From Hydrurus foetidus (lineage: Eukaryota): DNA of 50,913 nucleotides. The position numbers and the translations under genes are program-made. The DNA is taken from NCBI GenBank assembly GCA_900617105.1, contig UYFQ01000602.1, positions 1-50,913 on the forward strand, in the 5' to 3' direction. Positions within the stretch are counted from its first letter, which is position 1, and each line of letters opens with the position of its first letter. Positions 12,601-23,541 of this stretch are shown piece by piece. The notes under the pieces were generated by a model. The model did not search any database. It had not been told where the DNA came from and saw only the letters and a program-made list of their open reading frames with translations.

Positions 12601-14807
12601 GGTGACGTCGACGTCAACATAGGTGCCCTCGATGGTGGTGTCGATGCAGGCGCAAGCGATGGTGCCGGTGACGGTGATGATGACGGACGAGAGCTTCGAA
12701 TAGCACTTGCACTCGGTATCGTTGTAGGTGTTGATGCAGGCGCAAGTGCTGGTGGCGATGAAGGTGTTGATGACGGACGAGAGCTTCGAATCGCACTTGC
12801 ACTCGGCATCGAAGTAGGCACAAGTGATGATGGCGATGACAACGACGGACTAGAGCTTCGACTAGCACTTGCACTCGGCATCGTTGTAGGTGTTGATGTA
12901 GGCACAAGTGCTGGTGATGATGGTGTTGATGACGATAACGGACTTAAGCTTCGACTCGCAATCGGCATCACACTCGGCGTCGATGTAGGTGCAAGTGATG
13001 GCGATGATGACGATGATCGACTTGAGCTTGGTGCCCTCGATGATGGTGTCGATGACGAAGGTACACGCGATACAGGTGACGTGGGTGACACAGATGGTAG
13101 TGCTTGTTGTGTAGGAGCAGCAGTTGATACGGTCGGCGACTTCGATGTCGACAAAGGTGCCGTCGATGATGGCAATGCCGTCTTCAGAGCACTCGATGGT
13201 GATCGTGAAGGCGTGTTACTTGATGGCGATGCTGGCTGCACATTTGATGGCTGATGTGTCGGTTGATCAACCACCGTTGGCAGGAACGCAGACGGTTGTG
13301 GTGTGATGCTCGGCTGAAAGGCTGTTGGCTGACTTGACGGCCCGGACGGTGCTTCAGATACAGGAGGTTGTGATGGTTGCTGTGTTGGTTGATCAACCAC
13401 TGTCGGCGACAATGATGACGGTGTATGTGTGATCGGCCGAGGCGATGACGGTGCACTGGAAGGTCTGAGCGATAGTTGAGTAGGAGCAGCGCTTGATACA
13501 GTCGGTGACGTCGAAGTCAACATAGGTGCCCTCGATGGTGGTGTCGATGCAGGCGCAAGCGATGGTGCCGGTGACGGTGATGATGACGGACGAGAGCTTC
13601 GAATCGCACTTGCACTCGGCATCGAAGTAGGCACAAGTGATGATGACGGTGATAACGACGGACTAGAGCTTCGACTAGCACTTGCACTCGGCATCGTTGT
13701 AGGTGTTGATGTTGGCACAAGTGCTGGTGATGATGGTGTTGATGACGATAACGGACTTAAGCTTCGACTCGCAATCGGCATCACACTCGGCGTCGATGTA
13801 GGTGCAAGTGATGGCGATGATGACGATGATCGACTTGAGCTTGGTGCCCTCGATGATGGTGTCGATGACGAAGGTACACGCGATACAGGTGACGTAGGTG
13901 ACACAGATGGTAGTGCTTGTTGTGTAGGAGCAGCAGTTGATACGGTCGGCGACTTCGATGTCGACAAAGGTGCCGTCGATGACGAAGGTACACGCGATAC
14001 AGGTGACACAGACGGTGCTTGTTGAATAGGAAGAGATGGTGATCTCGTCGGTGGTGTCCAGTTTGGAGCCCTACTTCTTCGTTTTCTTGTTGGTAAACGA
14101 GTCGATATAGTATGAGATGTTGGCAATATCGTTTCAGTAGGATATGGTGGTTCTATGTCTTCTAAGTAGGATGGCTGGCTTGTAGGTTGCTCGGGTATTG
14201 TTGGCTGGTAGGAGGGTATGTTTGACGCCAAGAGATTGACGGGATGCGTCATGTGCATAGTTTCATCTAAATTTTGGACCAAGGTTTCGACTTCCGTGAG
14301 CAAGACATCTTTAGTTTGCATTACTGGAGATCTAGCAGAATGCAAAATTGAGTAGCATTCTCTCCAGCCTCGCAGTCCTCGACTGCTCTGCTGCAATACG
14401 TCTCGCGTAAACTTCCTGCCAACTTGTGAATGTATTGCCCCGAATGGTAAAACTCCGGTCAAGTTTAACGGCGAATTAGGTTTGTTGAAATAATGCTCGG
14501 CTCTACAGCTATCTGCAAGACAACACAATAAAAGACACCTATGTATTCTTTCACACATTTTCTTCCACATTGCAGCAAGAAGGTTGGATTTATAACGCTT
14601 TCGCTTATGCTGCCTTTCAGGAACTGGAAGCAGTTGCTGGCTGGCATTGATGTAGCTGCGGTCTGCTAGCGACCACAGCCGCAGACCGCAGATGAGAGTC
14701 ACTTCGTACTTTGTAAGCACACGACAGCGCGACAGAACCGTTTGTCGTTTCATCGTAAAAATCTCTTGGGACACACATATCACCGAATCAAGCCTGTTAT
14801 CAAGCAT
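9688..14807 (-). CDS. Mucin-like Ser/Pro/Thr-rich type-I membrane or cell-surface protein, multi-exon
   Basis: Long S/P/T ORFs. GT-AG introns at 10373-10475 and about 9910-10014 link them in frame to a juxtamembrane globular segment and a TM helix VIGAVTGGVVGFILLLVACLFLLY followed by RK. Possible signal peptide near MCERIHRCLLLCCLADSCRA, so the true start is uncertain. Frame breaks at about 11120-11290 lie inside the repeat array. Confidence 0.75.
10645..11950 (-). repeat. Coding minisatellite, about 20 copies of a 66-bp unit (SDVLTSTPSVSPSLSPSLSSPP)
   Basis: GATGTAAGCACATCTGATGGTGGCGATGAT recurs every 66 bp. Confidence 0.95.
11930..13980 (-). repeat. Long coding tandem repeat (about 820-903 bp unit, about 2.4 copies) in the mucin-like gene
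   Basis: Identical shadow ORFs at 12221 and 13124 (offset 903). STAPLSTSKSPTVSTAAPTQQ occurs three times. Confidence 0.92.
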
Positions 14808-16023
14808 TTTATAGTTTTACCCCTAAAATCTAAAATGTGATGACTTCACCACTAAATCAAATGGTACTGTGCTGAAAATACTTTGTAAGAAATTATTAGA
14901 AAATTAGAAGTGATGAAGTCAGTGAACTCAACTTTTTCTGGTGCATTTCAATGATAAAAATTAAAAATTAGCAGTAGAAAGGCTTGATTCGTGAAGAAAG
15001 GCTTGATTCGGTGGTAAATGCTTGTTGGGCGGTACACTGTTCATTGTTGAGGGTCTTTGATATTCTTGACACACAGCCACTTGCCACTAGTTCTCTTTAC
15101 AATTTAGTAGTGGCAGTTACAAAAACGGAACTTCTCTCCAGCCTAGAAAATACCACCACCGGAAGTAGGCAACTAAACAAGTCCTTGTCTATGACACCTT
15201 TCCTTACATATAAAAATGATGTGAGGGTTCGTCTGCAGTACAACCTCACCAATTGTTGTCATGTGTATCAGTCTGACCGACTCGATAATTCTTAACAAAT
15301 CTCACTGCAGTGCTCCAAGCCGTGGGTGCCCCTATATAAGTGATCCTTTACATCACGTAAAGGGCAAGAAATTCATTCTGGTAAGTTAAGTACCTCGGCT
15401 TTTCGGGTGCCCCCAGGAACTCATAATTCGTAAACTTCCAGAAAAAGTACTTTCCCACTGTAGAGGCGGCAAAAGTGGTGTTTTATATTCTTGAAAAAAA
15501 ATTCATCGTCACAGTATGGCGCCAATATTATGGGAACACATAGATGAGTAGTCAAACAGATAATCAAACAAATAACCCCACAGTATTGTTCTGCTGAAGT
15601 TATACGGTGTTATCGGAGACGAGGTATAGAGTACTGTTGTGGGTGAGCTACATACAACAAAAATAAATGCTGGGAAATATGAACCATATCCGGCACAAAA
15701 AAGCAACAATTGTCACTGACAAGATTAACTTATTGTAAAAGTTGAAGAGTTGTAATTGAGTGATTATTCGTACCCTTCGAAATTGAAATGAAGTGGTCAT
15801 TAAGACAAAGACGAAATATAACACACTTGAACTCTGTGTCTGTTGACGGGAGAGGGCAGACTAGAACGTTTCACGTAAAAGTTTACCAGGAGAGAGGTGC
15901 GTATTATCTTGATAGTAAATGATAGGGATATCTCGTGGTAGTTTCACCGTGCACTTTAACACGAGCTGCAGGGGATGTGATTAAATGATAGACGTCATTG
16001 AGGAAAATATGTACAGCTGCTGT

Positions 16024-16746
16024 TCAATAAAAAAAGCTCATAACTCTTTGTAAAGGTGGTGGATGGCTGTTCTCGGTACTGGATCCAGCAGTTACGGACG
16101 ATGGAGAGATACTTGCGACTTTGTTATCCTCTTTGAAGCTGTTGATCGGCAAAAGCTTTTTCACACCCTGCGGATTGACCGATCTCCAAGTGGTAGACTC
16201 AATTTTATTTGAAGTATCGGAGGGCCGTCGGAGAGAGTAGTGATCTCTCATCTTGGAGTTATTGCTGTGACCGTGAAGATTTTTGCCCTTCTGGCAAAAG
16301 TCGCCGATTGCGGTAGCGCAGGCGAAAGATTTTTCGATTTTGACGAGAGGTGATGATGAGCGACTGATAGATATTGTGCTCTTGATAGTTGCTGAGGGTG
16401 ATTTGTACCATGTGTGGCAAACACGGCAGTCTGCGGGGAGATCAGAATGAGGTTACTGATTCGTGTAAGAATTACGTTTCTGAGGTGGATGATTCGCCGC
16501 GCAATTCTTCAGAGGCAGAAGTGGTTACTTACCTTTAGAACAGTATTCAATATTTTCCTTGATTTCCGCGAAAGCAATGTAGAAAGAATGAGAGCAGTGC
16601 TTGCATATTCTCACGGTCGTTGTATTCGCAGAGGGATACTCCAGCTGATGCTCTGAGGACGAGTGCGATACTTGATCGTAGACCATTGTGGAAGTGTTCG
16701 GATGAAATCGAAAGAGTCTTTCGATCGATCCTGATGAAGTCGCCAT
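16024..16746 (-). CDS. Two-exon protein (about 206 aa) with an FCS-type C4 zinc finger
   Basis: Exons 16746-16533 and 16430-16024, with intron GTAAGT...CCCGCAG (16431-16532). Splicing yields CKHC-x14-YCSKDC and an uninterrupted frame to the stop at 16024. Confidence 0.65.
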
Positions 16747-18160
16747 TTACGATGTTTTTCCCGTATTTGGTGATCGACAATTTGTGATAACTCAATTTCC
16801 CTGCTGTTCGTTAACGAGGGCAACGCACTTTAAATGAAGTCTGTAGCGCGTTGTGGACGCTGAACATTACACTCGCCTAGTATCATGATCCCCGCAACGA
16901 TGGAACTGATCCGTGGAAAGATGGCGGCAACCGGCAACGTTGTTGTCGAAAACGCAATCAAATAGCCAATCCACAGAGGATCACAGCTACACGAAGTAGT
17001 GAAGGAGGAGATGTTGGAAAAGGGAAAAGAAGTGTGTACACTTTCAAGATATTATTCGAAAATTCAGGAACTCGAACTTCAAGGTAGGTCAAGGGCGCAT
17101 CGTCATCACTTTTTTTCCTTACGTTTCTTCTTTCCTCACCTCACGTTAGGCTTCTCAGACCATGCACTTCAGGAAATAAGAACATTGTTTACTGTTTAGT
17201 AGGTTGACAGGAGCCTGTTCAAGTCACGTCAAGATGCTCTGGAGTGTCGCAGATGTGGTTGGGGCAGCATTTTGAATTTTGAGATGTGAAGTAGCGTACG
17301 TTGCTGCAGACGTATCTCATCGTCAAAAGCAGTTGAGAGAGAAGCATATTCTACCGCGAGATGACAAGTGGATATTCCGATTATCTAGATAAGTAGCTCA
17401 ACATTTCATGGATGAGCAAATCCAATTATTCCACCGTACTAGTGAATAACATCAGGACCTCAAGCATCAAATCATGAAAATGGTGACGACCATGATTGGT
17501 GGTGCTCGTTCGAGATGTCTGCATAAAGAAGAAAGAACTGATGTCATGAAGTATTCCTTCTTAAGTGGTAATGACCAATTTATTAAAATGAGAGTATGTG
17601 GAATCCTCGAAGATAAGAGCGACAAAAATCAATATACATGGTGCTGCCCGGACAGATTTTATATGCTATTAGTATTTGTTGAATGATAAATAAAAGCATG
17701 TAATCTTTGTTCCTGGAAGATGAGAGGGAGGGGGAATACAGGATAGGAGATACTGAACCATCATCAGATTCTGGACAACAGGAACCCTAGGAATATACAT
17801 GCGAAAGAAACGTTGAAGATGTTTCTGTTCTGGATAATCATCTCAATTAATATCTTTGTAATGTACGTACGTTTAGATTCTAGAGTAGAGAATTAATGTG
17901 GAGAGAGGTGCCAGCATGAGAGGTACAGCTCCATACTATCTACTTCGCATTTCATTCAATGAAAATGGAATTTTTTCGTCTCTTGGTGTGTGCGTGTGTG
18001 TGTGTGTTATATATGTACGTGTGTAATACGACTTCTTACATGTGTTCAGTCGTGTTGCGCGAGTGATTAATTTCTAGCACTTCTTGAGCCTTCAATATAC
18101 GATTGTTTAAATGTTCCTTTATACAAAAACATGTACATGTGCAGCGCAGTGCAGCACGGC

Positions 18161-21100
18161 TTACATATCTCTGCTGGGCCGTAGCTCGGAGTAATTTGAA
18201 TTGTTCTGAGGTATAGGACGGACGTTCAGTTCAATGTCAAGGGTGTCGCCGTCTTGTAACGTTTTTTCAGGCACAAGATCTTCGAGTAGAATAGAGTCTG
18301 CTGTGAAATAGGCTCCGGGATCCTCTTTAACCGGAATAAATCTCATGAGAACACCCACTGGAAGTCCTAGTGCACCCAATCCGATAGTGACCAGCCACTG
18401 AATTATCGTCAGTGGACTGGTCCTCACGAAATCCCCGCCAAGTTGAACAAGGAATATTTGGAGGCCAAAGGTGACAGCACTGACGAGAATAAAGGCGGAG
18501 TTCGAAAATGCTCCGTCAAACATGTTCCACTCGTCTTGAATCTTTCTCGCAGTGTACTCGTTGAAGAACTAAAAGTGACGGTCAGGTTAGAAGAGGGAAT
18601 ACAGTTAGCGTTTTGAGAATATGTTCTTTCGCTCGGCTGGTATGATGCCGGTAGATTCACTGGATCAATCATTTTATAACAGTCAGTCAGATGCATTTTC
18701 CATCATTTACCTGACAGAAGATGAAGGCGTTGAAGATGATGGTTCCGTGGATGTAATCCGTTTTAAAGCACGTTAAACAGGAATCAGAATAACCCGGTAA
18801 ATCTGAGAACTTGAACAGCGCTCCTGTGCTGACGTCTTCTTTCTGAGCTCTGAAACAGTCGTCTCCCTTGGCTGGACAGTAGGTATTGAAACTGGAGCAA
18901 CTCAATGTGCCTGTAGGAGACTGTTGCAGCGTGAGCGCGTCCCATGTGTTGAAACCTTTCTCCACGTGATACGTCAGGCAATTGGTCTCCCCCAAAGGTC
19001 TCACGTTGAACAATTTCGGTCCTTCGAATAGCAGAACAAAGAGCAATATCAGCTGGAACACTGACTGACACAGAATGTTTCGTATCATAGGGCGGGAGAT
19101 CAGACTGGATGAGCGTTTATACGGTTTTCTGAGCAACGAATCTTGAGAGGGTGCTTCTGTTCCGAGAGCTAAGGCACCCATCGTGTCCATGATCAAGTTT
19201 ACCTGATGAGATATCGCACGGTATAGTGCAGGGTAAATATGCATTGCATTAGAAATGAGAACAGTCACTTCGGTACAGCTATAAAACACGCATCATCTGA
19301 AATGGCTAGGATGCTCACTCACCCAGAGCATCATGACAGCGTTCAGAGGCTGTCCGAACCCAGCCACCGCACCGATGAACACCAGCAAGAGAGCAACGAC
19401 ATTCACGGTCAGCTGGAACTGGAGGAACTTTCGGATGTTGTCGTACACGGCTCTGCCCCACATGATGGCTTTCACAATGGATCCGAACTTGTCGTCCAGA
19501 ATAACCACATCTACGGTCATCAAATAGGTGATGTAACAGGGACGATGAGCGGTTTGTAGAAGGATCCAGAATGAGATGTGCATGTGTCTTACCTGCTGCA
19601 CCCTGTGCGACTTTTGTTCCACTGATGCCCATGGCCATGCCCACGTCAGCAGCTTTGAGGGCAGGTGCGTCATTGGTGCCGTCACCAGTCACACCTACCA
19701 CCTGTCCGCCAAACGGTCTAGCAGCGATCCACTCATCGTAATAGCCGGGTAAGATCTTATCGCGGTCATTTTCCCATGTGGCTCCTGCAGCCACTTTTGC
19801 TTTGTGCTTTTCCTCCCACTGTTCTTTGTTGGTGGGTAGTGCGTATCCGTTGAGGCGGCACACTAAAAGGAACTTGTCCTCAGGGGATGAGCGGGCGAGC
19901 ACTTGAAGACGTGGTAGCACTTCGTCAAGCTGCTTTGGGGTCATCACACGGAAGTCTGGTCCCTCAAGGGCCACTCCTCCCGCTGTGAGAATGCCACAGT
20001 CAGAGGCAATGGCAGAGGCGGTGTGGATGTTGTCTCCTGTCACCATGCGCACCACCACTCCTGCCCTCTGTGCCGTACGCACTGCTTCCTTGACATCCTT
20101 TCTGAGAGGATCCATGATGCCTACTATGCAGTCGCAGATCAGATTGTGGTCGTCAGGGGGGTTGGTTTCCCAGTCCTCAGGCAGATCCTTGATAGATGCG
20201 AAGTCCACATGGGCGAGCATAAGTGTTCGCAGAGCCTTCTTCGCCATTAGTTTGATGTGATCTTCTAGCGTGGTCAATTTTAACGGAGTGATAATCTCAG
20301 TTTCTCCTTTCTTATTTGTGAAGCGGTCGCAGTCAGTGAGGAGCACTTCAGTTGCACCCTTGCAGTACAGACGTACAGATCCATCAGGTCGGAACACAAT
20401 CACAGTGGATCGTTTCTTGGTAGAGTCGAAGGGGAACAGCTTGTCCTTGGCCTCATTGTAGAACGCGCCTTTCACCCTCTCGTAGTCTTCGCCCCATGCT
20501 CGTATCAAATTGATGAGGGCGCCTTCAGTCTTGTTGCCGATAACAAGGGGAGAGTCCAGAACTTCACCCTTTTCATTCGTCATCACCAAGTAAGCCGTAC
20601 GATTGATAGCGCTGTTCTCCACAATGGACAGTTTGAGTGGACGGCTCAGCCAGCTGTCCGGGTCTTCGAGGACGTCTGTATTAGTTACTATTTCGTCACC
20701 GAACCAGCCCTCAACTACCGTCATTCTGTTTTCCGTCAATGTACCTGTTCATTGTCACGGAGATGTTTTAAAGGGTGATTAAATTTTTTTCGAGCGAGTA
20801 AATAGGTCTCTGGGATTATTTCAATCAGTAAAATTGATCTACCGGTTTTGTCGGAGCAGATGGTGGTGGCGTTCCCCATGGTCTCGCATGCGGCTAGCTG
20901 TCTGATGGAACACTTGTCGTTGTACATTTTCTTCGTGGAGTAGGCGAGAGATATTGTGACTGCGAGAGGGAGACCTTCGGGGATGGCCACAACCACAATC
21001 GTCACTGCCAGAATGAATGCACCAATAAAGCCTTCACTTAGTTGCCTTTGATTAGGGGCGTTTCCGTGGTCTGTGAATATTCTCACAACCAATGCGATGA

Positions 21101-22254
21101 AGGTAGCAATAGCAGCCACGATACCAATGTATCCGATCTACAGGATAGTTGGAGATTGTAAGGAACAATCTTCACCACGGTCTGTCCGAGAGGGACCCTT
21201 AATAGGGAGGGACTACTTACCATTGTCGTCATTTTCTCCAGTTTTTCTTGTAAGGGTGTATTAACACTCTCAGTCACCAGGTTTGCTTTGATTTTACCCC
21301 ATTGTGATGACATTCCTGTTCGAAAGTAAGGGCAGAATAAAAGTAAGTATTCTGACGTCATAAGAAATTTTTAACACTTCGTAGAAATTAATTTTCCAGA
21401 TCACCGACACTTACCGATTCCGATGACCACTGCTTTACATCCTTCACCCTCGGTAAGGAGGCAAGAAGATAAAAGAAAGCAGTCACCATTTTTTGATTTT
21501 CTCACATCCTTTGGTTCACCAGTTAGACCTGATTCGTTCGATGAAACATCATTGTTGTCCAAGATGACACAGTCGGCCGGAATCATGTCTCCAGTCTGAA
21601 GTTACATATCAAGATCAATTGATTCAGTGACAAGTCACGCCCTAATCGATTATAGCGCTAATTTAACTTTACCTGCAGGACGCAGATGTCTCCGACGACA
21701 AGTTCTGATGGATTCACCAACTCCACCTTACCCCCTCGCAAGACTGACGCCCTCTCGTCTTGTTGAGATGACGCTTCCAGCGCTCTAAATTGCAACTCCT
21801 TACTGTAATCATTTCCGGCACTGATATTTGAAACGAGGAACACAGCGATAAAAATTGCCGTACCCTCAATCCACCCAATTTTCGGATCCTCCCAATATCC
21901 GATTCCCAAAGAGACACACGCGGCGGCGATCAAAATCAGGAGAGTCGTGTCGGAGAGAGCATTGAACAGCAGCATAAGATAACTCGTCTTTGGTGATGCA
22001 GGCATTGCATTCGTTCCGAATTGAGCTCGATGGGTTAGAACTTTTGCTGCTGACAGTCCGTTGACGACATTAAGACCAAGCATATCAACCAGTAAATCCA
22101 CACCCGCTAAATTAGCAGTTCCTTTCAAACTGTCAAGGAATGCTCGATTGTCAGCACGTCCTTGCGGAACATTCATGGAGTCTATGAGCGCCTGATTCAT
22201 TTCGGGCGACATCAAGCCCGTTTCGTCAGAGACATTGATCTGGATGTGAGACAT
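18161..22254 (-). CDS. P-type Ca2+-transporting ATPase, type IIB (PMCA/ACA-like), 8 exons
   Basis: Motifs LTGE, PEGL, DKTGT (split by an intron), [34 protein letters not shown] and LIMDT. GT-AG introns at 21596-21672, 21316-21414, 21138-21220, 20745-20842, 19511-19592, 19203-19322 and 18569-18710. Confidence 0.95.
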
Positions 22255-22672
22255 GGCGTAGCAACTCGCGCGAGCGTTTGTTATCTACTCTAGTTCTTGT
22301 GTAACTCCAGCTGGAGTCAACGTAGTACTTTAATTTTCTGGGAATGAGCAGTACGGGAGTGAAATATTGACATAATCGTTATCTATAGACATCCATCCAG
22401 TCCTTTTCGTTCAGTTTTACGGACACTAAAGTATACAGTCCAAAGTGCCAATGCGTTGCGTACGATTGTCGTTACGTGTTCAATCGCTCTCATCACGCGT
22501 GATGCAAAACGCAAAACGTCATCAATCATCAGGCATCAGGATCAAAAATAACGCAAACAAATAATGAGGCAATCTTTGGTTCGTTTCCGTGGGGGACGCG
22601 TGACGCGTGGACCGTGGACCCTTCGCACTTTGCACAGTCAGCGCATCCAGCCCCCGTGCACCAGGACGTATA

Positions 22673-23104
22673 CCGTCTAGTCCCATATGTTTGGTAAACG
22701 GTTTTGTCAAAATGACTGTTTTTCGAGTATACCAAGTGCAATAATGAAGAAAAGTTAGGGTATTATTCGCGCATCGCATGCCCCATGAAATTCCACACAA
22801 AATTATATATGATCGTATCGCATGTCCGATTATGGTTTAGTTGCTAATGGCTGCTTAGCGCACCATTTTTGACATGTTCGGTACTTGGGGACCGCAATAT
22901 TGCACTCCGCAAAATTATTTTGACAAATTTCAAATACGCCATCTATCTTAAATAATTGTGCTGAATTTGAATAGATAGCTAACTCTTCATGATTCTGAAT
23001 ATTGATGAAGATAGTTTTTTCGGTGAAATTATTTTTTGGTGATTTTGAGTGTGGTCAAATGGCCTATTACCATTTTTTTTTACCAAACATATGGGACTAG
23101 ACGG
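22673..23104. mobile_element. MITE nested near the left end of the Sola2-like element
   Basis: Perfect 26-bp TIR CCGTCTAGTCCCATATGTTTGGTAAA, flanked by TA on both sides. Confidence 0.92.
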
Positions 23105-23541
23105 TATTGTGGCAAGACCCCTCACTCAAACGTGGAATTTAAGAATATACGAATTAATTCAAAATAATTCAAAATTTCAAATAACAGACTCATAATCCTC
23201 TGTATAACTTCACAGTGCTACATCTTCGTTTCAACATCTTCATTGCAACTTACGTCACTTCGAAAAGCTGTCTTGAATGACGAATCTTTCTGATCTACTG
23301 CGCTGCTACGTCAACCTCCAACAGGTCAGATATGCTCCTGAAAATGCAAAGTTGACGACCTCTGGAGGACGTCACAAAACAACTTCGAGAAAGTTTATGT
23401 TGCACGGGAATACAGCTGATGAGCCTCTACTTGTGGACTATGATGTCTTTATTCGTAAAGATCCATTGGCTACTGGATTTAGGAATCTTACCGATGTTAC
23501 TTGGGACAGAATCTCCAGCAACGCGAGCAGAAAGTTCTCTT

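Noticed and set aside
10378..13993. Plus-strand DVSTSDGGDDNDGLKLG ORF and His/Arg-rich alternative-frame ORFs
   Set aside because: Shadow frames of the S/P/T coding repeats.
14975..15010. 16-bp direct repeat AGAAAGGCTTGATTCG upstream of the mucin-like gene
   Set aside because: Only two copies; no support for a function.
22630..22640. CACAGTC in the TIR resembling a Transib/RSS heptamer
   Set aside because: It is internal to the TIR rather than terminal, and the transposase motifs and 4-bp TSD do not fit Transib/RAG.
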